Shown here: in pieces, positions 35,867-48,645 of the stretch | Numbering within the stretch: the first letter of the stretch is position 1 | Layout: each line of letters opens with the position of its first letter | NCBI RefSeq assembly: GCF_009914755.1 | Contig: NC_060937.1 | Source: the human T2T-CHM13v2.0 reference genome, Homo sapiens | DNA length: 64,000 bases | Strand: one strand, 5' to 3' | The notes under the pieces: generated by a model | Seen by the model: only the letters and a program-made list of their open reading frames with translations | What the model was told of the DNA's origin: nothing | Database searches by the model: none | Made by a program: the position numbers and the translations under genes

Positions 35867-38599
35867 CACTAGAGGTTATGCCTGGCACTTCCCTTGCTTT
35901 CTCTCATCTATATGATCTGCTAAGTTCTGTTAGGGACATGGAACTGCACTTCTGAAATATTTCCAATCTGCTCTCAACCCACAGTGTGGGGAACTTCAAA
36001 ATGCAACAAAGCAAAACTCTGATTAATAAATAAAACTGCACAATTGTTGACTGTTTGACATTAAAGACCCAGGCACAGCAGGCCAACCAAACCAGTCCCC
36101 ATTTCAAATCGTTCTCCCCAAACATGATGCATTTCAGCAAAGATTGAGGATCCCTGCTTGCTCCAGGCACGGCGGCCACAGGGCCCAGGCAGCAGGCCCG
36201 GGAAGGCTGAATGCATTCCGCCTCTCTCTTCTGATACCTCTTTGTTAAGGTCTCCCGGGAATCCAGCTTCCTTTGTGCAGGCAGCTGCGTTTCCAGTGCG
36301 TGGTGCAGGAGGCAGGCAGGGGAAGTGTGGGCAGGCCGGTGCTGATTTGCAATCGGATGAGCATTGTTTTTCTCCTGCTCTGCACTAAGTCTCTGGAATC
36401 TATCAGTTATATAGATTATGTAACAAGAGCCAATAGCTGGGTGAAAACAAGCTTCAGAAAAACAGAAAGCTTGACAGCAACAACAACAAGAAAGGCAGGT
36501 CCAAGGGAGGTTATGAAATGGAGCTTGACCTCTCTCCCTCTCTCTCTCTCCCTCCAAGCCACGGCTTTACAGTTGGCTAACTTTGCTGTAATTGAGTCTG
36601 AAGGTTGAGTCCTTGTTCTTTAAGAATTGCCAATGGAGCCCTCTAATCCTCTGTGGTCTCCTCAGTGAATCAGGACTTTGGTTTATTGACATGTAATTAG
36701 ATCAGTATGTCACTACATCAATGCCAGTGTAAACATCCCGGAGTAAGTAGCTGATCCTTACAAGATCAGCAACCTAATCTCCACTGGGATGCCAACCGGC
36801 TTTGTCAACACTCCAGTTGAGGACTGTATCTCTTTTCCTGATGTCTGACTCCAGCAAGGAGGGGGCTGGAACCGAAGCAGGAATCTGCCACCTGAAGACC
36901 TTCTTATTGACATTTGGGCTCTTCCATGACCTTCATTACTGAGGGGCGCCAGTGACCTAAAATAAATACTACCGGGGCATGCGAATTCCATCTCCTTCTC
37001 ATGTCTTCCCTCTGCGTTTCTCACTATTAGGAAGAAGTACATCCAGCAGAAAAGCCAGAATTGAAAGCACCTGAAATGTCCATTGCCCATGAGAGTTTCA
37101 CTTCTAGCTCACACTTTCAATTAATGTGAATTAATTTCAAGGAAAAGAAGCTTAGGTTCTAATTCTGATGTTTATTGATAACACTACCAATGACTGGCAG
37201 AAACATGCTAGGTATGTGACATTCAAAGTCAGCAGAGACTGGCTCACAGATGGTGGTTGGGGCTGCTGTTTGTTAGGCATTTGCTGAGGGCTGGAATCTG
37301 TGCTGAGTGGGCGTTTGCATCCGCCTCTTCGCTCATTCCCTAACGATCTGAGGGAAGTGTCCTGAGCATCTCCGCTGAACCGATGAAGGAGCTGAGCCTC
37401 AGAGAGGGTCACTGTCTTGCTAAACATTACACAGATTGGAAAGCAGGTGGAAATCAGGCCTGTCTGATGGTGTCATCTGTATGCGTAACTATCACACTCA
37501 ATGGCAACGGGGATTTCCACCTGCTGCAAGGATTGGCCTTGGTAACTCCAGGGATTGGTGGCCAATGAAGAGCAGGGATAGAAGGAAGCCTAGTGGGCTC
37601 AACGGGAGTCCAGACTCAAAGAAAGAAACTTGGCTGGCAGACAGCCTACCTAAGAGGAGATGTGGCTTACTTTAGGATAAAGGGCAGAGCTGTTGGCCTG
37701 AGGCAGGTGCCATGTCGGTGGAGAAGCTAGTTTTCCTCTTCTCCCTGGCATACCATCTCTCATTTCCTCCATGCAAGTGGAGGGGTGTACTCCACAGAAA
37801 GGGGTCGGTCTTCGTGCCAGCAAAGGGCTCTTCTGACGTCCCACCCAGTCCCTGTCAAACGTATGACCCTGTTGGTTTTTCTGTGTTAAGGATCTGATCA
37901 TCGAGCTGTCTAGAATCCTCCTGATGAGGTCACGGCAGGACAGGGGCACGCAGCCAATTGAAGTGGAGATCAACACAGGGAAGTTGGATTTTTAATAGAG
38001 CAGAAAACAGCATTTAATTTCTTTAAAAAAAATCTGCAGAGAGCTCTTACTAAGGTTCAGTCTGATTTTTTCTGCTTGTACAAGTAGCTGGCCCTGATGA
38101 GACAGTCCATATAATCTAGGGCAACATTTTGCCCTAAAAAGCAATTAGAAGAATTTATGAAGCAATTTGTGGTGAAAATGAGGGAGCGATTATGTGGGTT
38201 TTTTTTTTAAAAGGGAAACAGCAGAGCTCTCTCTCTCTGTTCAATGCCCCTGACTAGCGATGCCCACAAATATCCTGCCATAATCAGAGTCAGTCAGAGG
38301 TAACTGGCCCAGGGCATGCGGCCAGGGCAGGCTGGGACTCCCTGTCAACTTTGGTGGAGCCTCAGAACCACCCCAAGCTTCCATTTCTTTGGCTGCCAGT
38401 GGTGAGGACTCTCGCATTGTGAATCCTCTACCATGAGATAACGTCTTATTGATGCATCTGATTTGAGCAGAGAGGCCTTTGAAGAAGACAGGCATGCTTT
38501 AAAATGCCACATCAATTAATAAGTCATGTGGCATTTGGTGGAAAGAACAAGTAATACATCTTATCTTCCTTGTGAGTGTACATTCTATTTTATTTTATT

Positions 38600-39620
38600 T
38601 TTGGTAATTAAAAGAAAGTTGGAAAAGAGAAGTACATGCTTGTAGTTAAAAAAATTAAACCAGTACAAAAACAGCATAGCATGAAGAGTAGGTTTGTCCC
38701 CTAAGCTGACTATGACTACTGTCTCCCCATCTCTTTCCAATGATGACCTGCACATCTGCAAGCATGTGTATCTGCCAATCTAGACTTGTGTGTACCTATG
38801 TTATACATGTGATGTTGGACATATATGATGCATATATTCAGTTCTCTATGTCTGTGTCTATGTAGGAATTTTAAAGATAAATCTCACACGCTGTTCTGCA
38901 CCTTGTGGAATAAGATCTCTTGGAGATAGCTTCTCACCGGCATGCGAGCACATGACCTTGCTTTATGCATGGCCGAGGTGAGTCTGGGGCACCTGGCACT
39001 CCCGCACCTGCTTGGCACTGGCCTGTGCTTTCTGGGTTTTCCTACGATGTCTGAGTAGCCACTGCCCCCAGACTCCTGGGCAGCCCTGACACCTGCTCCT
39101 GCTGCCTTGGCCTCGGAGGGCAGCGTGCATCCCCACGCATCTCGGCACTTGCACCCAGTACACTGTATTCCTGCAGCCTGACTCCTTTTGCCTGTGCCCC
39201 TGGCCAGGGCAGATATGGAAAGGTCAGTGCTGGTGTGAGGCAGCATACGGAGGAGGCCAGCCCACCCTGAGTTCCCCACATCCCTAATGGGGGCCGTCTG
39301 CTGAGGGTGGCATCGGTGGAATCCTCTCACCACCTCGCGCAGAGGTGGCTCCGCTCGGGGCTACCTCATATTTATCATGTCTCTATTGCATCCATTACAC
39401 AGTTATGCTGTGAGTGGATTCCACTGTGTCCCTTGTCTATAGCACTGCTGCCTCCATGGGAGGCTGCCATGACTATCTTTGTGCCCGTGTGCATGGAAGA
39501 TGGAATTGCTAAGAGTGGGTCAGAGGTTTGTGCACTTTAGACTCAGAGATAATTACTGCACTAACCCTCTCCAAAGCCAATTTGCTGCAATTAGCAGTGT
39601 CTGAAGAGTAACTCTATGTG
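38600..39620 (-). mobile_element. Scattered ancient L1 (L1ME-like) fragments
   Basis: AAGTACATGCTTGTAGTTAAAAAAATTAAACCAGTACA and GCTGCCATGACTATCTTTGTGC...GATGGAATTGCT resemble antisense old L1 3' regions. Boundaries uncertain. Confidence 0.4.
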
Positions 39621-40214
39621 GCCTAGAGCTGGTGGCAGGGTGTCCCCATGTCAGGGCACTCGTAGGCCACATGGCTCTGCGCTGGAAGCACCCCGCGGGG
39701 GTGGGGGTGAGGCCACCCTTAGAGTTTCCCCGAGTGGTTTCAGGAGCTGGCACCCGGCTCCTACAACATTGGGGCCTGGATGCTGCAGATGCCCACCCCA
39801 CACCTCCCACTCATGCCCACTGCCCGTCTCCTGCCTCCCACAGGTGCATCTTGGAGATAAGCCCCCTTAGTGGAGGAGGAAGAATCCTCCTGAAGTTGAG
39901 AGTTGAGAGAGGGGAGCTGGAGCTCCAGTGGGAAGTGACAGGTGCCTGACGTGCCTCCCCTGCCCCACCCGGGTCCCATTTCCATATCTGCTATGAGTGA
40001 GCCTCAGGGTCAGGGAGATTCTTAAAGAGCAAACTTCAACAGGATGTCAGCACTTTTATCTAAACCTTCATAGGAAGCAATGAGATACAGGCAAGGAAGC
40101 TGCCTTTCCATCAGGAGAGCAGCTTGAAATTGAGAGGAATGGTCCCAGCAGATAAAAGGGCATCTTACTCGATGGTTTTGTTTAATAGTGATCTGTGACA
40201 TAAGAAACACACTA

Positions 40215-40765
40215 TGTTTCTCAGAAAGCTAAACATAGACTTACATGACCCAGCAATTGCACTCCTAGGGATATACACAAAATAACCAAAACTGAGGCCT
40301 CAAGCACATATGCAGAATACATGCAAACCTGTGTTCATAGCGGCATTACTGACAAGAGCCAGAAGGGGAAACAGCCCATGGGCCCTTGCGGTATGTGGTA
40401 TAGACAAAGTATGCTATGCCCCTGCAATAGAATATTACTCAGCCATGAAAAATGAATGACATTCTGATCCATGCCACAACATGGATGGGCCTTGAAGACA
40501 TTGTGCTACACAGAGGAAGCCAGACCCCGAAGGACCAATGCTGTACGATTCCCCTCATAGGATACTCCAGAATAGGCAAGCCAGAAAACAGAAGGCAGAT
40601 GAGTGCGTGCCAGAAGCAGGGGTGGGTGTGGGGATGGGGAGTGATTGCTTAATGGGTGCAGGGTTTTCTTTTAGGGTGATGAATATGTTTTGGAATTTGA
40701 TAGAAGTGGCAGTTACACAACACTGAAAATATTCTAAATGCCAAAACTATCTTTTTTATAACAGC
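40215..40765 (+). mobile_element. L1MB-like 3' end fragment
   Basis: ATGACCCAGCAATTGCACTCCTAGG...GAATATTACTCAGCCATGAAAAATGAATGA...ATGCCACAACATGGATGGGCCTTGAAGACATT...GGGTGATGAATATGTTTTGGAA. Confidence 0.88.
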
Positions 40766-41167
40766 AATTTTTTACTTTTTTGCATAAAAATTGCTTTTTA
40801 GGAAGCTACATAACAATTACTTACACATCTCCTCATTTTTGGGTCTTCAGGGTTTTCACGTTTTGCTGGTATAATTGGACTGTGATGAATACCCTGGTAC
40901 TAACCATTTTTCACGTTCTCAGTTATCTCTGTTGGATAAACTCTCAGAGTCATTACAGCAGTGAGATTGCGTACTTTAAGGTTTTTTTCCAGCATAGTAT
41001 TAAGTTGGCTTCCTCAAATGCACTGTCTTAGCCCCTTCAGTAGGATCTTATCATGTCTGTCTTCCCAAGTGCTTGCCAAGAATATTTTGCCAATGTGATG
41101 GGAGAAAATTCACCACCTGTGTACTCACGTGATGTGCTGCCAGGGTCTGGGGCTACCCACTGTTTGG

Positions 41168-41359
41168 CCTTCTTCCTCTTCCTGTTCCCCTTCCCATTCC
41201 CCTTCCCCTCCTCCTTCTTCCTCACCTTCTTCCTCTTCTCCTTCTTCCTTTGCTTCTTCCTCCTCCTCTTCCCCTTCCCCTCCTCCTTCCTCCTTGTCTT
41301 CTTCCTCTTCCCCTCGTCCTTCTTCCTCGCCTTCTTCCTCCTCCTCCTCCTCTTCTCCT
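41168..41359. repeat. (TTC/TCC)n polypyrimidine tract
   Basis: About 190 bp made almost only of CTT/CCT triplets on the + strand. Confidence 0.92.
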
Positions 41360-42466
41360 TGGAATTGTCTGTTCACACTTTTGGTCCCAGTCTCCTAGTG
41401 TTTTTAGTATATGAGTAAAGAATATGAGTCTTTGTCTTCAATGCTGAAAACATGTTTGCTAATGGGTGTCACTGGGGCCGACCAGAAGAAAGGGAACAGC
41501 ACAGAGGCAGAAGAGAAGGATGCCTGGGTGCTCAGGGGCAGAGCACACAGACCCCTGTGTGAGGTCCAGAGAAACGTGGGTGGAGCGGGAGTTGAGACCG
41601 AAGCACAGAGCGCCCCCCGCCAGGCTCGGGGCTCCATTGCAAAGTTCCCCTGAGCCAGAGGTAAAGGCCCGTGTCTCTGTGTGTGTGCCTGCGTGTCTAA
41701 CTGGCCAGCGGCCTATAAACTGTTGTTCTTAATAGAATTTTAATCTCTTTCATCTACGGGAGTGGAAGGCGTTTTTTAGCTTAATAATTTTCAAAAGCAC
41801 CAATCAGCTTTGAGACTGAATTTCTTGCTTTTGTTTTCTCAGTAGCGGGAGCGTTGGTTACTAAAGACCTAACCCTGACTGCTGGGAATTTTCACCGGGT
41901 TAGGGCATTGCTTGGTCTTGTTGTCTAGGTTTCACTACATGTGGGACTGCAGGAGAATCTTAAGCTCTGGGGCCGTCTATAATCTTCTGGGGAGGGAGCG
42001 TGGGTGTTAAATAAAGCACATGTACACACACAGTTTCAATCCTCCAGATGTATGATGTCCTGTAAGATGTGATGGTTCCAGAAAAAGAAGAGCTATGTTT
42101 GGTTGAAAGCAGAAAGGCCTTGGCAGCACTCACGGACTCAGCCTCCTCCTGTTTGCACTGCGGCCCATGGCGGGGGTGCCTGTCCTGCTGCTGAGCACTA
42201 CTCCATCTGAACCCAGCTCACTCCCACCCCAGTGCTGCGTGACGGAGCCCACAGTGTGGAGGAGACGGAGGCTGCAGACATTTATGTTTTCTGGACCATC
42301 TCCAAGACAATGTTTAGCATTTAGAGATGTTGAGGGTTTTGGACAGGGTCTAATCTTGCAGGTGAGCCCAGCCCGTGTCAGAGGTGGACTCCAGCACTGG
42401 CGGCTCTAGGGCCTGGCGGATGTGACTGGCCTCTCTGGACTTTAATCATCTTCTCTGCTAATCCTA

Positions 42467-42878
42467 CTTCTGTGGGTTGAAAATGCACCCTCAACTCATA
42501 CAGTGAAGTCCTACCCCCAGTGTTTCAAGGTGTGACCTTAACTGGAAATATGTGCCTAGTTGAGACAATGTTGTCTTGGGGTGCAGTGGCCCCTAACCCA
42601 ATATGACAGGTGTCCTTATAAAAAGAGGGAGTTTGGACACAGAGAAGAGATTGTGAACCTGCACAGTGTCAGGACTGGAGTCATGCGGCTCCACACCCAG
42701 GAGCCACTCTCTGCCAGGAGAGAGGCCTGGGCAGACCCTTCCCTAGAGCCCTGGGGATAGCATGGCCCAGCTGGCACCTTGAGTTTGGGCTCCAGGCTCC
42801 AAAACGAAGAGAATAACTTTCTGTTGCTTACCTCCCAGTGTGTGGTGCTTTGCCACAGCAGCCAGGATTTTCACACAC
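42467..42878 (+). mobile_element. MLT1B/C-like MaLR solo LTR
   Basis: TGTGGGTTGAA...GAAGTCCTACCCCCAG...CCCTAACCCAATATGACAGGTGTCCTTATAAAAAGAGG...TTTCTGTTG...CCCAGTGTGTGGTGCTTTG. Confidence 0.88.
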
Positions 42879-43462
42879 ACTGGTGTGCCCATGTGTAGGG
42901 CACCTGGCTCGTGGGTGCGCTTAGCCTGGAGCAGCTCCTTCTCCTGCCCAGGTGGTGCTGGGCTGGGGTGGAAGCATCATCCTTAGCTGTGAAAACACAA
43001 AAAGTCATGCACAACAAAAAGAGGCCATCACAGGATTTTCCCCTCTTTGCAAAGTTTCACAGCACACACGTTACTGTTTATTTTCCAACCCCTCTTTCTG
43101 ATCTTGCATGATGCAAATTCCCAGAACCCAAAAAGACTTCTTGAGAAAACACTCCACGATTCGTGGCAGAAAAGGTCAGATTGTTTGAAAATGACTAATG
43201 ATTAGTTTATAGTTCTTATAACAGGTTCCATAACAATGGAATTAATCTTTAGAGGAAAAAATTAAAAGGTAGTTTGCTCCCGAGGGAGCTGCGCTGGGGT
43301 TTGCACATTAGTTATGATGAGCACTCGCTGGGACGGAAGCAGAACCCCAGGACGCCTCATTGTTTAATCAGGACGGGTAATATCAAGTTGATTAATCCGC
43401 ACGCTTCCCTCTGCCATCCTAGAAGGGCTGCCGTCCTGCATAATGCCGAGCTTGGTGCTGCC

Positions 43463-43566
43463 AGGGCTGGGCCCCTCTGCGGGGCTGGGGAAGGGGCTGG
43501 GTCCCTCTGCGGACCTGGGTGAAGGGGCTGGGCCCCTCTGCAGACATGCGGGAAGGGGCTGGGCCA
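43463..43566. repeat. ~30-bp degenerate tandem repeat, ~3 copies
   Basis: GAAGGGGCTGGG(C/T)CCCTCTGC recurring. Confidence 0.7.
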
Positions 43567-44397
43567 TGCTGAGTGTCACCCTCTCTGCCTTGGGCCACCC
43601 TTCTGTTGTCACTTTGCTTGATGCAAGTGCTCACCTGAAAGGTAGCAAACCTGTCAGGAGCTAAAAAGTGAAACAGGCCTTTTCCTTCTTCCCACACACG
43701 CGTGGGATCACTGGTTTCTGTGTCTGATGCCCCAGCCTAAAGGTGAGCCGGCAGGTGGCGGGGGCGGCCGGGCCTGAGAGTTCATGCAGATCTAGCTGGG
43801 GCCCCCACCCCCACGTCTGACACCATAGTTGACCTTTAATTCTGAGTCTGAGTAGTTCCTGGGGGACATGCACACCTTTACAGGCACAGGGCGGCTGCTG
43901 CATGCCCAGATGGTGGCCCCGCTTTGTCCTTCGTAGAGGAGGGGGTCCCAGGTGCTCGCAGAGCTGGGTCCTGCACAGCAGGCTAAAGCCTGAACTTGGG
44001 GCTTAAGGTGGTTTAAACAAAACAGCGATGCGGCTGCACTTGCTGCTGCCTACAGTGTTCTGGGTCCCAGCAAAACCCTCCTTTTTCCATTAAAAGGAAA
44101 TTATGTAAAAGTGTCATCTCTATTTTGGTTTATAGAATTTGTTCTAAGAGGGTGAAACTCCTCGTTGATCCACTTTATGTGCATCAGAAAGTCATTCCTG
44201 GAATAAGAATGATGGCTGGGAGGGGCCAGTTAGCGAGGGTTGCCACCTGACCATGTGCTCTGGCCTCCAAAGCGTCCCAGGAGCAGCTGCAGAGCCAGTG
44301 CCCGAGGTCTCCCCACCCAGAGGCCCCTCACTCCCAGTAAATGCAAGCGTGCATTCTGTATGGAGGCGATGGTTCAGCAGGAGAGGAGAGGCATATG

Positions 44398-44762
44398 CCT
44401 GCGTGTGTGTGCATGTGCATGTGTGCAGGTGTGTGCATGTGCGTGTGTGGATGTGCGTGTATGTGCATGTGTGTGCATTGGGTGTGCATATGTACATGTG
44501 CATGTACGTGTGTGCATGTGTTTGTGTGCATGTACGTGTGTGCATGTGTTTGCACGTGCATGTGTGTATGTACGTGTGTGCATGTGTTTGCATGTGCGTG
44601 TGCATGTGCATGCATGTGTGCATGTGTACGTGCGTGTGCATGTGTACATGTGTGTGCACATGTCCGTGTGTGCATGTGTGTACGTGTGCATGTGCATGTG
44701 TGTGCGTGTGCATGTGCGTGTGTGTGTGTGTGTACATGTGCGTGTGTGTCCATGTGTGTTGT
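44398..44762. repeat. Degenerate (TG/TGCA)n alternating purine-pyrimidine tract
   Basis: About 360 bp of GTGTGCATGTGCGTGTAC-type sequence. Confidence 0.95.
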
Positions 44763-46379
44763 AAATAACTGAGCTGCAGGACAAAACTGACCTGGCAGGG
44801 AAAAATAGTTGCGAATAAAAATATTTTTATTATTAATCAAGATGTCCTTGGAGATTATAACAAAGAGAAGAACCACAGAAGAACCATTTCAGGAAACCTC
44901 ACTACCTTTTCACATTCTGGGATTTGGAATTGTACAGGACATTTCTTGGTCCTCATCTTAATTTGCATAGTCTGACATTTCACTGTCTCCTAATTTTAGC
45001 ATGTTAGAATAAACATAAAGTGGTAGTTTGGGCAACTTCAAAATTTTATTACAGGGTGACAAAGAAAGTGTGTGTACATCAGCACGCTTTTTCGTTAGCC
45101 TTGCCGAGAAATAGAGCTTGCTACTTAAAAACTGCTCATTGGCAACCAAGGATCGTTTACCTGTATTAGTGAAGAAAAGAGACATTTTCTGTCACTCTAC
45201 CTTGTAAAATAATTAAATAAGGAATCTTGGTGAGCACACTATTATAGCTACTTAATAAAATTTATATTCAGAATTTTACTATTTATAAAATATATTGTCT
45301 CACCTGGGTGTTCACAGGGGAGCAAAAAATATATATGTATCTATGCATATATAGTTTTTTAAATGTTGCTTATTTCATTTTATGGAAAACATGGAAAATC
45401 TCCTACAACAATAAACATTCATAATATAACAATGTATGAAAACTGCATGTACCACTAAGCCAGTGGCAAGGGCTGCCTCTGAATCTCTGAATATTAGCAT
45501 ATTATAGATGGAAAAAGCTATCCTCTCCCTCATGGGAAAATCTGTTAGCATTTTACCAGCAAATTCTGAAAAGATATACATTTAAAATAAACCTTCATCT
45601 TACTTTTGAAAGAAAAGTATAAATATAAAATCTGCTAAGATTCGCCGCCCTTGCGAGGAGCCTCAGCCGCGTGTTGAGATGCTGTGACCTCACCACTCAC
45701 CTGTGAGTCTTGCTGGAACTTGAGGCCTTAGTTCCACCTCAGGTTGAAATAATTTCTATTTTATATTTTCCACATCTTTTATATTTTCTTTCATAGGATC
45801 TTACGTTCATTTCTACATCTCGATTCATTGTCAGTAAGAAGTAAAAGGGCCCGAATGTGAGTTGGCTGCCAGTGCATGCGCTGCCTCTGAGGCCATGCAG
45901 AGCCGGCTGGTGTCTCCCTCAGCGGCATTTTGGATCTATTGGTTGATAACCAGATGCTTCCTTATTAGCCAAGAGTGCCACAAGTTTTCCCGAATCTAAA
46001 TGTTGAAAAATCTTGACAGTACTGCCTCTTCCTTTTCTGGTATTTGACTGACACTCATCATATTACATCCTGTGCGTTCCTCGTTGCAAAAAAATATGAA
46101 GATGAGATAATCTTATGACATAGTCCACCGAAAACACACGCGTCTTGGGACCGCAGTGGTGGTTCCACGTTGGCCGAGGTCCACTCCCTGCTGCAATCAC
46201 TCGTGGCATCTACAGGGAACTCAGAGGCTCCCTCTGAGGGGCTGAGCTTTGCGGGAGAGAACAGGGGCTGGGAAGTCCCTTGGTGTCTAAAAGTCTGAAT
46301 TGCAGACAATCCCTGTCGTTAACCTGGAACTGAAAATCAGCCTGGGAGCTGGGGACTGGGCCACCTGGGCTGAGGGCAA

Positions 46380-46900
46380 AGGTCAGCCTGCACCGTGAGC
46401 GCAGGACAAAGGCCGAGGGGTGCGGTGGTGGCCTCGGTGGCGGGCGTCTCTGGCCGGTTCTCCGTGGAAGGCCACGCCACCTCGCCGATGAGATTCACCC
46501 AGACCCTTGACCGAGCATCCGCTGAGGGGTAAAGCGCCTGCGGACGCTATTTCCCATCAGATTTTGTGCTTCCTGTGAGCGGGTGCCTCAGCTCTCACCG
46601 TGCAGGCGCGGAGACCCCCGCAGGGCCCGCGGCTCCCCCAGCCTCACAGGCCACACCCGCGGGCTCCAGCCCAGGCCCGCCCCTGCACACCGAATGCGGT
46701 GACCTTGTGGCTATTTGGGCGAATTTGAGGGGACTGACAGCCTCTTTCATGCAAAGGGGCCATTGGCTCAGGGAGATTGTGAACGGGACCCCCGGCTCCA
46801 ACTATAGAGGGGCGAGGGAGGCGTCTAATACGAGCCAGCGGAAGTCCCCACAGTGAAGACGCTCATCCCCGGAGAACTGGGAAGGGACCCTGGGATTTCC
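46380..46900. promoter_or_regulatory. CpG-island-like patch
   Basis: Visibly dense CpGs (GCGCGG, CCGCGG, GGCGGGCG) in non-repeat GC-rich DNA. CpG observed/expected not computed. Confidence 0.5.
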
Positions 46901-47459
46901 TCCACAGATAAGACGCAGCTGCTTCCCACCCTCATCTGGAAAGGTCTGCGTGTGGCCCTGCCTGGACGCTGCACAGGCTCCCACGTAACCATTCCGGGGC
47001 TGGTTGCCGCCCTGTGGTTAACAAGATCACTTCTGTTTGTTTCCACCTGTGGATATTAATGTGAGCATATTTTAAGTGTATACATTTGGTTACATAAAAC
47101 CAAATTACAGAAAATTACCTCTATTTTCCTAGGCCCAATCAGCGTCTTTCTTTTTTAACTCCCATGCAGGATAGAAATTGAATGGGGATCTGAGACGTGC
47201 GGGATGAGTGGGACTGAGCCTCCTCTGGAGCGTCAGCTCCAGGAAAATGCTGGAGGTGGAGCCGATTACCAACGGGGTCACAGTTGCACCCGCAATGTCT
47301 TCAGAAGAAATAGTCCCCTTCCTCCCTGAGCATTTCGGAGCTGCTCTGAGGCCTGGCGAGGCTCCAGAAGGCCCAGTGACCTTCGCAAGGTCTGATGTGG
47401 GCTCACAGTGTGTGGGGCGGTTTCCAGGCGCTCACAAGGACCGCTGTTTCCTCCGGCCG

Positions 47460-47552
47460 CCTGCCCCCTGCCCCCTGCCCCCTGCCCCCTGCCCCCTGCC
47501 CCCTGCCCCCTGCCCCCTGCCCCCTGCCCCCTGCCCCCTGCCCCCTGCCCCC
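47460..47552. repeat. (CCCCCTG)n heptamer repeat, ~13 perfect copies
   Basis: CTGCCCCCTGCCCCCTG... uninterrupted. Confidence 0.96.
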
Positions 47553-47701
47553 TCGGGACTTTCCTCTAGGCTGAAGGGTGCTGGCGCAGGCGCTAAGATG
47601 TTTATAATAATTTAAGCTTAACGCTCGGAAAATACTTTCTAAGGAGCAAGGAAATGCTTTTTCTGGTTTGTTTCTCACATCTTAGAATCATACTCATCCA
47701 G

Positions 47702-47741
47702 TTAGGGTTACGGTTAGAGGTAGAGTTAGGGTTAGGGTTAG
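47702..47741 (+). repeat. Short interstitial telomere-like tract
   Basis: TTAGGG TTACGG TTAGAG GTAGAG TTAGGG TTAGGG TTAG in 6-bp phase. Confidence 0.75.
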
Positions 47742-48645
47742 TTGTTCTTTAAAAACGTTAGTCTTTTTAAGTAAAATGTGAGTCTTTAAAAGATGCTTTC
47801 AGTGACACCGTGGGCTTCAGGGGAGAGGGTCAGTCTGAGTCTGTCACCACGGGCTCGAGACACACACCCCCGCCCCCCGCCATGGCTATGGTGGAATTGT
47901 GGGTGAACCTGGGCGTCTTCAAATGTTCTTTTAGTGCGAGGCACTTCAGGGTGGCATGGGCAGCGACTTTCCACAGGCCTGGGGGGCGTTTTCTGAAAGC
48001 ACCTGCTGTGTGGCCCCAGCAATGTCCCCGATGGAGAGAGACACAGGCGAGCACACAGCAGGGACCCCTGGGTGACAGCAGGCAGCTCCAAGGTTCCTTG
48101 TCAGCTCCGGAGGCCGCGGCCCTCTAGCCATCACCATCAGACCTTGCTGTATGAGGAGCGCCTGGCTCAGCTGCTTTCTTAAACTCACTTTCAACCAAGC
48201 AATGAATAACTGAGGACCCATCGGGAGCCAGCGGGGTGCCGGCCTCTGGCTTGAGGCAGATTGTATCTGTTCACATCTGCCCTTGTCTATCTGGTGCGAC
48301 ACCCAGCAGGGAAGGGAGGAGGGGAGGGACACGGTCTGGACGCTCCCTGCTCGCTGGCAGGTCATGGTGTGGCAAGGCTGTAGGAAGAGCGGCCTGCTTC
48401 CCACAGCTGCACCGCCCAGGCCTTCCTCTCCTTCGCGTCTGCCCATAAGAACTTATCACCATTGCAGCCCCATCAGAAAGACTGTGTTTGAGGTGAAGGA
48501 AGGTTTAATACCTTTAAAAAATCCATTTTACAAGATGAGATGGATCCAGATGTGGACCACGGCTCACCACAGGATGACTCCCGCCAGCATTCCCTGCAGA
48601 CTCTCAAAGGGCATCCATGCAGTGGCGCGTGTGACACTCCACGCA

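Noticed and set aside
41053-41418. Poly-Glu, poly-Ser and poly-Phe ORFs
   Set aside because: Translations of the TTC/TCC tract.
41869-41904. Inverted telomere-like motifs CCTAACCC...GGGTTAGG
   Set aside because: Only an 8-bp stem with single hexamers. Indistinguishable from chance.
44192-44876. His/Thr- and Cys/Val-rich ORFs
   Set aside because: Translations of the TG/CA repeat.
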